Part shown: piece by piece, positions 28,940 to 41,879 of the stretch
How the letters are laid out: each line of letters starts with the position of its first letter
How positions within the stretch are numbered: the stretch's first letter is position 1
From: the human T2T-CHM13v2.0 reference genome, Homo sapiens
Assembly: GCF_009914755.1 (NCBI RefSeq)
Contig: NC_060942.1
Length of the DNA stretch: 64,000 nucleotides
Direction: 5' to 3' (one strand)
Notes under the pieces: model-generated
What the model was told of the DNA's origin: nothing
Databases searched by the model: none
The model's input: the letters and a program-made list of their open reading frames with translations, nothing else
Made by a program: the position numbers and the translations under genes

Positions 28940-30470
28940 AATCAGGAAAATGCTATTGATGTAGTGTGACACCAAACACTTAGATAAAATCTTTCATCTT
29001 ATATTTATGGACAAGTTGAAGAACTAAACCCTGGATATGTGGATTCCAGCTGGTCAAGTGACTATCCCCAAAGGAATGCAGAGTAAATGGATTAATGCCA
29101 GTCTAGAATGGGGTATTTATTGTCATGCCTCAGGACTTCATCCTTGGCTCCACATTTTTTATTTGGATGGAAATATAGAAAGCATGCCTACCCATTTATC
29201 AGATGACACAAAGTTGGGAAGAACAGTAAAGGGACCAAGGGAAAACTTCCCCTTCACCTACAGAAGGTTTACAGAAAATCAGTGGACAAAAGGCAGATTA
29301 ATAGGAGAAAAGGCGTACACAATTTTATTTTAATGTGTGTAACACAGGAGAATCACAGGACAATGATTACCCAATAACCCAGTGGGGCACAGATGCTTAT
29401 GTACCCTTCTTCTTAGGGGAAAGAGAGATGCGGAAATGTGGATGATTTTAAGGGGAATGGTAAATGATTTTTAGGCTGACTCAGTGGACTCAGAGAACAT
29501 ATAGTGAGGCCTGGGACAAAATCTTTTGGGCCCACAGAACAGACAATGGTTTGTGACAAGAGTCTGTCCAGGTGTGTTGACAGACTTCAGTCTTTCTCCC
29601 TGAAATATGAGTTAAATTAATGAAAACTCATGGAGGAAACCAGAAGTAGTTTGTTTTCATTTTTGGCAAGTCTGAATGTTGGGAAGATAAGTGGGTATCA
29701 GAGTAAAGTTTTTTCCGGCATCTGCTGGTCTCCAAGGGCCTTCAATTTAAAATAATCAGCCCACCAGGGTGCCATATTTTGGGGTGAAATTCCCTGGTCT
29801 TCTCCAATAGTAAGTGCCTCCCATGACATTAAGAATTCAGAAGGGCCTCAACAGTCTAGAATGATGGGCCAATTCAACCAGACAAAATGATGTTAAGGAT
29901 AAGGGTGTGGTCCTGTAGTTGAGTGGAAAAAATAAATAAACCTTTAGCTATGTGATAAGTGGTAACTGGCTTAGTAGCAGGAGGTGTAAAAAAGCTTAAG
30001 GTTGTCATCAGCAGTCAGTGCAGGGTAGGTTAGAGTGTGGTGTGGCCCCTAAGATAGCTCGTACTGTCTTCACTGAGTTCCATTGTCTAAAGCCGGGGTC
30101 CATGGCACACTGCTCATGTAAGTCCTCACGTGAGAGTTAGTTACATCTTTAGAAGACAATAGAAGAGCTATAGTTGTTCAGAAAGAGAGTAAGACTCTGA
30201 AGGGATGTGGAACTGTGTCACACGAGGAAGGATTGACCAGGGCAGTGAAAGGAAGAGCTGGAAAGGACATGTTTGTTAGGCTGGCGTGTGGGAAAGGGTT
30301 GGTATTGTTCTCTGAGACATAAGGGACAGAACTTAGAGCAAAGAGTAGAAGCAAGAGGAAGCTCTATTTTAAATGATTCTAAGGAAGAAGTGTCTAATGC
30401 TTAAAGATGAAACAGATTGCTTTAAAAGGAGGCAATTTCTCCTGTCACTGGAGGTATTCAAGAAGCTTCA
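28940..30470 (+). mobile_element. L3/CR1 LINE remnant split by an LTR
   Basis: Degenerate RT motif SDDTKLGR (CR1 FADDTKLGG) at about 29200-29223; CR1-like sequence resumes after 29808 and ends at tcactggaggtattcaagaag. Confidence 0.7.
29226..29807 (-). mobile_element. ERV1-class solo LTR (MER34/MER39-like)
   Basis: The reverse strand starts tggagaagaccagggaatttcaccccaaaatatgg; the aaaaggcagattaataggagaaaagg motif is typical of this group. Confidence 0.7.
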
Positions 30471-30832
30471 ACATCACGCACAGCTTACTCGCCAGACTAA
30501 TGCCTCTGCAACCCTCATTTCCCCCACGCCAGTAACAAAAATCAGCAACATGAAATGAGGATAGTAACTATTTGTTCCCAAAATGGAAGAAAATGCTTAT
30601 GTATGAGACTTGCTTATTCCTGTTAGAGTTTTGTTGTTGTTGTTTTTTATTCTTTTTTTTTTTCTTCAACTAATAAGGGACACATTCCTTGGTGGTCAAA
30701 ATGCAAGCTTGTTAGGAAAATTCCACTAATAAATCAATCATCCAGAGAAGCCTAGTCCCCCATAAACTATTCAGGCTGCTGTTGAAAATTGTCAAGGAAA
30801 CAAGACCATGCTTGCTGGCCAGAAGCCATTTA

Positions 30833-31186
<354 letters not shown>

Positions 31187-31642
31187 GCAAGTAAGGCTTT
31201 TTTTAAAAAGGAACCCATGATTATATATAATAAATTAAAATGTATATAAATATTTATAAAGGGAACATTGTCTTTGAGTGGCAGGATCAAGGATGATGCT
31301 TTTATTTCATTTTTCTGACTTCCCCATATTTTCCATAATTAATTTATATTATTTTTTACAATTAAAAGTAAATGTGGTTTAAAATGTCTGTATATACACA
31401 CAAAGTGTGGAATATTATTGGCTGGTGAGAATAACAGATGTGAAAGCCTCTTGTAGCTTGTCCAGGAAAATGTTAAGCATAGAGTTTTGCTGTTGTGAAG
31501 GTAGATAGTTTGTTCAGGGGGAAGTGAGAGGACATGTCAATGTCAGAATGCATGGCATGGGGAAAACAGTACATGTGGAAGGGGTCAAGAATGCCCAGGG
31601 TTGACCAGCAGGCTTTACTGTAGCTGAGAACCTCAAAACTCA

Positions 31643-31996
<354 letters not shown>

Positions 31997-32382
31997 TTAA
32001 GTCACAGAGCAGCAGGGATTTTGTCTTGATATCTTTGTATTTCCAGCAGCTAGCATGGGGCTCTGTTACACTGTAAATGCTCAAAGGTGCTCAGTGAATG
32101 TTTGCACAATGTTCTTGAATGATGCCAGAAGCAGCATGAACATACAAGAGGCTCTTCAATGAAGAAAGCCCTAATGCGAATGATCGAGACGTTTGATTTG
32201 ATAAGAAAACATGGCCCTTTATAGAGTTGACCTTTGTAGTGAAGGAATTGAATATATAACAGGGAGGCCACAAAAGCAGTTCCTGCAGCGAGCCTGCTGG
32301 GAGATGAGAAGGCTTCCTGGGCACTGGCATGGGTGAGGGAGGGAAAAGGAAGAGCTAGCGATGCTGGGTAGTTGGGTGTCTA

Positions 32383-32462
32383 TTAGGTTGGTGCAAAAGT
32401 AATTGTGGGTTTTGCCATTACTTAAAATGGTGAAAACCACAATTACTTTTGCACCAAACTAA
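32383..32462. mobile_element. MADE1 (Hsmar1-derived 80-bp MITE)
   Basis: TA|ttaggttggtgcaaaagtaattg...caattacttttgcaccaaactaa|TA; an 80-bp near-palindrome. Confidence 0.95.
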
Positions 32463-32561
32463 TAAAACTTTGCAAAACTAGCTTTTCTGAAAACCAAGTT
32501 AAAGAGCAGATGAAAAGTAAGTTTAATAACTATGTCTTCTTTGGTTATTTTCTGATTTTAG

Positions 32562-32612
32562 ACTGCATAAACCAAGAACCCAAAGATAGCAGCCCTGCAG
32601 AAGAATGTGATG
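32562..32612 (+). CDS. LAMA3: Exon A6 (short-arm/coiled-coil hinge): DCINQEPKDSSPAEECD
   Basis: ttttag|AC acceptor, G|gtgaga donor, 51 nt, phase 1-1, continuing the frame. Confidence 0.94.
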
Positions 32613-33170
32613 GTGAGAAAAGAAAGCCCCTCCTCCTCCTTTCCAAGTTGTGGGGTTTGGTTTAAGATATGTGAGCACCATGCTGGGTCATGCAGTTTCC
32701 AGTCTGGGAAAGTAAGGGTGGGAGGAGGTGGAAGGACTACTTAGGGTCAAATCAGCTTCTCTCTGTATGACCTTCAGCAGGGGACCCTGCTTCTCCAAGC
32801 CTCAGTTTCATCATTTGCTAAGTTAACATGATAACTAGACCTACCTTATAGGGATATTAGGGAAATGCTTGTAAATGTCTTATCACAATGCCTGGTAAAT
32901 TGCAAGCATCCCATAGATGAAGGCTATTATTATTTTCCTTATGTGTAAAGTAAGCAACCAGTTGCATGGAATCTCCATTTCTAAAATGCTCCCTGTGCAC
33001 AGGGCTCTCCTTTTTTCAGAATCCACATCCATCCCTGAGAAGGCCAGGGCTGTGGTTGTCACCCGTGACGATCTGCGTGCATGCCAACTGGGCTGCATAG
33101 CACTTGTGGTCTTTTCGCAGTCCCACAGCTCCCCCCACAGCACATTTGCCTTTGATTGTGGCCCCTACAG

Positions 33171-33322
33171 ATTGCGACAGCTGTGTGATGACCCTCCTGA
33201 ACGACCTGGCCACCATGGGCGAGCAGCTCCGCCTGGTCAAGTCTCAGCTGCAGGGCCTGAGTGCCAGCGCAGGGCTTCTGGAGCAGATGAGGCACATGGA
33301 GACCCAGGCCAAGGACCTGAGG
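33171..33322 (+). CDS. LAMA3: Exon A7 (CxxC and start of coiled coil): DCDSCVMTLLNDLATMGEQLRLVKSQLQGLSASAGLLEQMRHMETQAKDLR
   Basis: ctacag|AT acceptor, AGG|gtaaat donor, 152 nt, phase 1-0; the CDSC motif is typical of the start of the alpha-chain coiled coil. Confidence 0.96.
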
Positions 33323-33599
33323 GTAAATCCCCTGCGGCCGAGAGTAGACACGTGGGGAGGAGATGCTGCGGGAGTGGATTCTCCATAAGCAGGAAGGGAA
33401 AGGTTGACTCCTGGAAAGGCTCAGGGGTTGTCCTCCTTCCTCTGATCCAAATAAAGATAAGACTTTTCCTGGTGGAAAATCATTTTTGTGAACACACAAA
33501 ACTAGCACATCTGGGTGAACAATACTTACTGAACATTTCCAGGTGAGTTTTTCTCATCGAGCCTTTATTTCAGTATCTTGCATTCAGAAGACTCAAACA

Positions 33600-34820
<1,221 letters not shown>

Positions 34821-37001
34821 AGATGGAATATGGCTGAGAGGGTATCCTAAGAAGTAATAGAACCTATTTCCCTGAGGGGAAATAGGGGATGCTGTGCCCA
34901 TGAATGGGGGCTAAAAAGCAGCCTGGAAGCTGCCCAATGCTCATCGTTGGGTGATGGCCACATGAGAGCCTAGCAAAGCTTACAGGGGCAGGACAAATCT
35001 ACAGACCTGGATCTATGCTGGAATGTTACATACTCTCAACGCCACTATGGTATATAAATCCTAAACTGCCAAAGTAAGACCTGGTCCTAGACCGTGGGTT
35101 GGAGGTTCGAGTAGGGGTGGTGATAAGCATAAGAGCACTAGACAGGGCCCAGAGAGCACAAAGAAAGGGGAACTCCCACCCAGAAAGAGCCTGCAAACAT
35201 TGTTAGCAGAGAAGTAATAAGAAAGACACCCAACAGAAGCAACAGCCAAGAGATGAGTTCACTTCGGATAAAATGAAAACAACAGGACAATCTGAAAATG
35301 ACTTTGCAGAATGACACCCAATAGAAGGAACAAGAAATTAGGAAATTTGAGGGGGAAACCTCCAGAAATCAAACAAGAAGAGGTAGATAGGAAAAGACCC
35401 AATTGAAAATCATGGAAATGAAAAAATACACTCATTGAAGTAAAAGAATTCAGTAGATGAGATCAGCTCTAGTCTAGACACAGTGAACAAGGCTTTGGGG
35501 AAAGTTTAATAAGTACTTTTGGGTTGAGGGCTGATTCTAGTGACTATAGCTGAGTATATATAGCAAAAGATTATTCTAGAAAAATGACTCTTTCCTATCC
35601 TTTTGCATAACTTTAGTCCAAGGTTTATAGGCTTAATATGGAGAAGAGGAGGGAAAAGCATTTATGTCTTGAGGGGAAAAAAAAGGAAGCCACTGGCTTG
35701 CTTGGATTTCATCAACATGGCCCTGCAGCCTTCACCATTCTGCACACACGCTGTTTGCCACACCCTGTGCTAAGGGCTTTACTCAAGTCTCACAACCTCC
35801 TCATGAGGAACCTAGTGTTGTTCTCATTAAACAGGCATGGAGAAGCTGAGAAACTTGCCTAGAATCATGGTGGTTCTGGAAGAATTCAAATCAAGATCAA
35901 ATTCTAAAGACCATGCTTTACCCACTCCACTTCTTATCCAGGTGTTCTGCTGACAATCTATATAATGACTTGCCTCCCTTTCCCCAAAGTAAAGTTAAAA
36001 TAGAACTATCTTCTTGCTGTATCACACAAACATGCGAAAATTAAGAAAGATTACGTATAAGAAGGGAAGTAACATTTTTGAATGCTCATATGTACATGAC
36101 ATTTTACATTACATTAGCTCGCTTATCACCAAAACCAACCCTGCAGCTAAATACGATAATCCCCAATTTACTAATGGAAGAGCAAGGCTTAGTGAGGCTC
36201 ATCTATCATGTGGCAGACTAAGGGTTTGGACCTAGGCTTTATTTAAAGCCTGTATTCTTTTACCCAACACTGGTTCTGACATACATATTGAGGTAATAAT
36301 ATCATTTTTTCCTATAAACTTTTTCAATATATTAATACTTTTTCCAAAAAATGGAAAATAATCACCATTCTAGATATTATGTGCAGTAGTGTCTAAGGGT
36401 CTAAGAGTAATGAGGCAATTTAGCCTAAAAAAAGGGCAAGGGACCCGGATTATGGTCCTGAAGCAATCACCGATGAGCTATACAACCGTGGACAAGTCAC
36501 CCGACTTCTTTGGGCTTCCATTTTCTCAGTTGCAATATGAGGCTGTTCAGCTACAAGAGCTCTGAGTTCCCTGTGGTTCTGTTGGACGAGATTCTTTGAA
36601 TAGATTCTTAATGATTCCTTCATTCAAGTAGCCATATGCACTGCTTTTAGTGTTGTCAGGTTAACTGCAGGTTTTTAAAAAACTGTATTTATTATAGAAT
36701 CTGGAAATTAATCAGGTAAGTAGTATCACCCTCATTTCTATAAGGTTAGGTCATTAATTCAAGTGAAGTAGCTCTTATCTCTTCACATTTGTCACATTTG
36801 CTACTTTATTTTAGAGCCATATCACAATGTACATCAGAAAATAGATTCCTTATGTAACCTATTTCCAAGAACCACATTTGTGTGTGTGTGGAACTGAAAA
36901 TGGTCTTGCCAAATGATTCTTCATTTATAACCCTGTTGACCAGGTTGATAGGACTTAGTCTTTATACTGTAAAGTGACATTCATTTGTGTTTTGTTTCCA
37001 G

Positions 37002-37112
37002 AATCAGTTGCTCAACTACCGTTCTGCCATTTCAAATCATGGATCAAAAATAGAAGGCCTGGAAAGAGAACTGACTGATTTGAATCAAGAATTTGAGACT
37101 TTGCAAGAAAAG
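37002..37112 (+). CDS. LAMA3: Exon A8 (coiled coil): NQLLNYRSAISNHGSKIEGLERELTDLNQEFETLQEK
   Basis: ttccag|AAT acceptor, AAG|gtaatg donor, 111 nt; heptad pattern. Confidence 0.96.
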
Positions 37113-37217
37113 GTAATGTGTTAGGTCCATTTAACTTTGGGGTTTTTTTGCTTTCAAAGTATTTTTATTTTTCCTTATTGACTTAATTTGCTGCTAATCA
37201 ATTTATTTTTCATATAG

Positions 37218-37329
37218 GCTCAAGTAAATTCCAGAAAAGCACAAACATTAAACAACAATGTTAATCGGGCAACACAAAGCGCAAAAGAACTGGATGTGAA
37301 GATTAAAAATGTCATCCGGAATGTGCACA
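37218..37329 (+). CDS. LAMA3: Exon A9 (coiled coil): AQVNSRKAQTLNNNVNRATQSAKELDVKIKNVIRNVH
   Basis: atatag|GCT acceptor, A|gtaaga donor, 112 nt, phase 0-1. Confidence 0.96.
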
Positions 37330-37551
37330 GTAAGAAGAGTTATTAAGCCCAATTACATTTTTTTTGGTTACATAACCTTCATTGTACACTAAAAGAATTC
37401 CCTTTAAGATTTCAACATTATGAAAAGAATCCCATAGTGATACTAAAAAACTAATATAAAATCTCCATAGAAGTTTCTACCTTTTTTTTTTTTTAAGTAG
37501 CCTACTGGAGCCCAGAATTCCCAGTCTAATAGACCACTTGATGTTTCCTAG

Positions 37552-37719
37552 TTCTTTTAAAGCAGATCTCTGGGACAGATGGAGAGGGAAACAACGTGCC
37601 TTCAGGTGACTTTTCCAGAGAGTGGGCTGAAGCCCAGCGCATGATGAGGGAACTGCGGAACAGGAACTTTGGAAAGCACCTCAGAGAAGCAGAAGCTGAT
37701 AAAAGGGAGTCGCAGCTCT
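37552..37719 (+). CDS. LAMA3: Exon A10 (coiled coil, in-frame cassette candidate): ILLKQISGTDGEGNNVPSGDFSREWAEAQRMMRELRNRNFGKHLREAEADKRESQL
   Basis: tcctag|TT acceptor, T|gtaaga donor, 168 nt, phase 1-1. Confidence 0.95.
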
Positions 37720-38101
37720 GTAAGAATGCTCCCAAATTCTTGCATCCAGTCCATTCTAATTGATTTGAAACACAACGTGCAGAGTGCAATGTAGAGTTCC
37801 CCGTTATAGGTGGAAGGCCTCATGGTTTCAGCGAATATTACTGTTAGAGCATCACGTGGTGAAAATTGGTAGCCCCCAGGAGTCCCAGGTTACCAACGGG
37901 CTGTAGAATATAACAGCTTACCATCATGCAAAGAAAAAAAAAAAGTTCTTCTAAAAGTTAGATATGGTTGCCTCTTTTTCCTTCTTAACTGCATTTTTCT
38001 GATGCTTATTCACCTCTTTCCAGTTTTCTCATTACATCATTATTAATGGTCACCTCACCACTACTGAATTTTTGAATCACAAATTGATATTAGCACTACT
38101 A

Positions 38102-38790
38102 CAGATTGAGTTTCCCTTTCCAAAATGCTTGGGACCAGACGTGTTTCAGATTTTTGATTTTTTTGGATTTTGGAATATTTGCATAGACTTAATGAGACCT
38201 CTTGGAGATGGGACCCCAGTCTAAACATAAAATTTATTTACGTTTCATTTACATCTTATACACATATATCGAAGGTAATTTTATACAATATTTTTAATAA
38301 TTCTGTGCATGAAATGAACTTTGTGTGTGTGTGCGTGTGTGTGTGTGTGTGTATGTGACAGAGTCTCACTCCATTACTCAGGCTGGAGTGCAGTAGTGTG
38401 ATCTCAACTCACTGCAACCTTCACCTCCTGAGTTCAAGCGGTTCTCATGCCTCAGACTGAGCAATAGCTGGGATTACAGGTGCCTGCCACCATGCCTGGC
38501 TAATTTTTATATTTTTAGTAGAGACAGGGTTTTACCATTTTGGCCAGGCTGGTCTCAAACTCCTGACATCAAGCAATACGCCTGCCTTGGTCTCCCAGTG
38601 TGCTGAGATTACAGGCGTGAGCCACCGCACCCAGCCTCTGAAATGAACTTTTGACTGCATTTTGACTGCAACCTGTCACATGAGGTCAGATGTGGAATTT
38701 TCTATTTGTGGCATCATGTCATTGCTCAAAAATGTCAGATTTTGAAGCATTTCAGATTTTGGCTTTTTAGATTAGGGATGTTCAAATTTG
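38102..38790. mobile_element. Tigger4b/MER46B-like DNA transposon with a nested Alu
   Basis: TA|cagattgagtttccc...aaatgcttgggaccaga ... ttagggatgttcaaatttg|TA. Confidence 0.82.
38323..38637 (-). mobile_element. Alu whose tail is a (CA)n microsatellite
   Basis: TSD TGAAATGAACTTT at 38310-38322 and 38639-38651; (TG)n at 38322-38357 occupies the poly-T position. Confidence 0.93.
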
Positions 38791-39079
38791 TATTACAAAA
38801 ACAAAAAAAGGATATACTAGAAATTAACAGAATACATCAAAAGGTTTTGACTAGAGAAAATGCCTCGTTAGTTCAAAACTGAGAAATATTAGTTTAGTGC
38901 ATACTTTTTACAGATACTGGTATTTATTCTTTAATAAAATGATGTATCAGTGGTTAATATACAGATACTAGCAGTTTTCTTGCTTAAATTTTTATTGTTC
39001 AAATTTAATATGAGTCTTGGCTTTTAATTGTAAGTAGGCAGTATTCACAGTGGAAGGAGCATGCACTTTACCCCCTGCA

Positions 39080-39260
39080 GCCAGCTCAAGTTCAAGTCCT
39101 AAGCCCGACTGGCCATGTAACCTTGGGTCAGTCCTCTCATTTCTCAAGGCTTCCATCTCTTTATCTAAAACATGAGAATGATAATTTATTGTTTTCCTGT
39201 GGAAGTTAAATGAGGCAACATGTACAGTGCACATAGCAGGTCTGTGTCAATGTGAGTTTC
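39080..39260 (+). mobile_element. MIR
   Basis: MIR core: tgtaaccttgggtcagtc...ttccatctctttatctaaaacatgagaatgataat. Confidence 0.7.
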
Positions 39261-39392
39261 CTTTCCCATCCCCTCCAAAGTTCAAGGAAAACCATGAAAT
39301 GAGTAGAAACTCGATTCTCCCTTTGTAGTTTTTATAACCCAGCTTCAGTATGCTCATCTGTCAAATAGAAAACATGAGGTGATGTATTACAG

Positions 39393-39589
39393 TGCTGAAC
39401 CGGATAAGGACCTGGCAGAAAACCCACCAGGGGGAGAACAATGGGCTTGCTAACAGTATCCGGGATTCTTTAAATGAATACGAAGCCAAACTCAGTGACC
39501 TTCGTGCTCGGCTGCAGGAGGCAGCTGCCCAAGCGAAGCAGGCAAATGGCTTGAACCAAGAAAACGAGAGAGCTTTGGGAGCCATTCAG
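39393..39589 (+). CDS. LAMA3: Exon A11 (coiled coil): LLNRIRTWQKTHQGENNGLANSIRDSLNEYEAKLSDLRARLQEAAAQAKQANGLNQENERALGAIQ
   Basis: ttacag|TG acceptor, CAG|gtgagt donor, 197 nt, phase 1-0. Confidence 0.96.
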
Positions 39590-40104
39590 GTGAGTTCACA
39601 GTTTGAAGTTGCACACTTTCGTTAATAAGGATGAGAGAAGCGGGGATCTTTATTATTAATAAAGTGGCATAGCCAGGCACCTGTCTGTACATCTCATTAT
39701 ACCACCTCAGACCCAGATCAGACAGGAACAAAGCGTTAAGTGCAAAACCATAGTTGTTTCTAGTCTTCAGCTACCAGAAAAGATTCTGAACTTAAACCAC
39801 AGACAAAGCAGTGCAAACTGCTTCACCTGCATCCCCAGCTGAAAGAGTGTTGGAGGAATAATGTTGCCAAATAGATGAGAAATTAATATTGCTATAATTA
39901 ATTCAAAGTATATATTATGTTTTTGGTAATTTACTTTTTGTGTCAAATATGTATACTTTTTAATGAACATAATTATCATAATCACCAGCAAAGGCATTTT
40001 AAGCCATAATCTGCTTTATAGGAAATAAAAGTACAGGCCACCTACAGAAGCTGCAATGACAGAATTTAGAGCTCTGGATTTTGCAGTTCATATATACATA
40101 TATT

Positions 40105-40259
40105 TGGCGCCACCACGCCTGGCTAATTTTTGTATTTTTAGTAGAGACGGGGTTTCACCATGTTGGCTAGGCTGGTCTCGAACTCCTGACCTCAGGTGAT
40201 CCACTCGCCTCAGCCTCCCAAAGTGATGGGATTACAGGCGTGAGCCACCATGCCCGGCC
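40105..40259 (-). mobile_element. Alu left half
   Basis: ggcgccaccacgcctggctaa...ccatgcccggcc. Confidence 0.92.
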
Positions 40260-40306
40260 TTATAGTTCATATTTTAAATAGTGAACATTGTATGCTAAAA
40301 CAATGA

Positions 40307-40625
40307 GGCCAGGTGCAATGGCTTATGCCTGTAATCCTAACACTTTGAGAGGCCAAGGCAAGAGGATTGCTTGGGCCCAGGAGTTTGAGACCAGCCTCGG
40401 CAATGTAGTGAGACCCTGTCTCTACAAAAATTTTTTTAAAAATTAGCTGGTCATAGTGGCATGAGCCTGTAGTCTCAGCTACTCGGGAGGCTGAGGTGGA
40501 AGGATCGCTTGAACACATTGGTGGGTTGGGAGCAAGGCTGCAGTGAGCCATTATCGAGCCACTGCACTTCAGCCTAGGCAACAGAATGAGACCTGTCTCA
40601 AAAAAAAAATTAAAAACAACAAAAA
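40307..40625 (+). mobile_element. Alu (AluJ-like)
   Basis: Full dimer with a small internal insert and an A-rich tail. Confidence 0.91.
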
Positions 40626-41274
40626 TATGAGCGGTTTTATAGGGTTACAAAACAACAGTAAAATCAAAATTGAATAACACAGGGCAGACCCCAACACAGG
40701 AGGAAGTTGGCAAATGAAAATAAATGATGTCTTAGTGGATGACTCCATGCTTAGCTCCCAAAGCCTCTTTGGATAGTACCATGTCTGTGTGAAGTTGCTG
40801 ATTATGCCAAGGTAAGGGAGCAGACCCAACTTTATAGGCCTCTGAACTCTGGCAGCCTTCCAGCCTGGCATTCTCAGGTTCCGTGTGACCTCTCGGTCAA
40901 GTGCCTGCTGTGTTCTCATTGGTACTGGCTGATGGTTAGTGATGGTTTATTTACATAAAATCTTTTGGTCTGTTTCACAAACCAGATTTTGATAATATAC
41001 CCATCTCATTGGGCAAGTTGACCCCTACTGTAGAAACCTTCTTCAGCAGTGATAGCAATTGTTTCATTGGCATATCATTTAAGGAAACTATGGTGACGTA
41101 CCTCCACTACAAAAAGAACTGATTTCCTATCACTTTGTAATTGCCTAGACAATGTTCAGGTTCAAGAAAGCATTCTGACTTTGAAATTACGTATATGCTA
41201 TTGTCCCATAAATTTGTCTATGCCTTCTGATAATATATCATAGAGCTCAAGCAATTTTTTTTTATTTTCTCCAG

Positions 41275-41391
41275 AGACAAGTGAAAGAAATAAATTCCCT
41301 GCAGAGTGATTTCACCAAGTATCTAACCACTGCAGACTCATCTTTGTTGCAAACCAACATTGCGCTGCAGCTGATGGAGAAAAGCCAGAAG
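41275..41391 (+). CDS. LAMA3: Exon A12 (coiled coil): RQVKEINSLQSDFTKYLTTADSSLLQTNIALQLMEKSQK
   Basis: ctccag|AGA acceptor, AAG|gtagag donor, 117 nt. Confidence 0.95.
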
Positions 41392-41776
41392 GTAGAGGAA
41401 ATAGTTGTTCTCTAGAAAAATCTAAAAACATTTTAATTATATTGTGAGAAAACAATGAAATGGGCTGACCTACTTTTTTGTTTATTCAAAGTATAGTCTC
41501 TTAGATGAAAGAGAATATATTGAAATGTTAACAATAGTTCTCTCTTGCAAAAGAAGTATGAATGACATGTCTTCTTATGTTCATATGTATTACCTAATTT
41601 GTCCGCAATGAGCAAATCACTTTTGTGATAGCAACAAAAAAATTATAATGCTATTTTTAAAATATCAAGCATACAAGCATTTATTAACAGAAGATATTTA
41701 AGACTTGATCAAAACTGACACAATTTTTTAGCAGTTCAATGGGGATTTTAAAGTGTCTTTTATAATAACTATTTCT

Positions 41777-41879
41777 TTTTTTTATTATACTTTAAGTTTT
41801 AGGGTACATGTGCATAACGTGCAGGTTAGTTACATATGTATACATGTGCCATGTTGGTGTGCTGCACCCAGTAACTCTT
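41777..41879 (-). mobile_element. Very short 5'-truncated young L1PA 3' end with a TSD
   Basis: ttattatactttaagttttagggtacatgtgc...; TSD TAATAACTATTTCT at 41763-41776 and 41880-41893. Confidence 0.92.

Noticed and set aside
32917-33546. Longest ORF in the track (209 aa), overlapping exon A7 in another frame
   Set aside because: It starts at the edge of a MIR-like remnant, resembles no protein family I know, and is explained by the stop-poor GC-rich exon plus chance.
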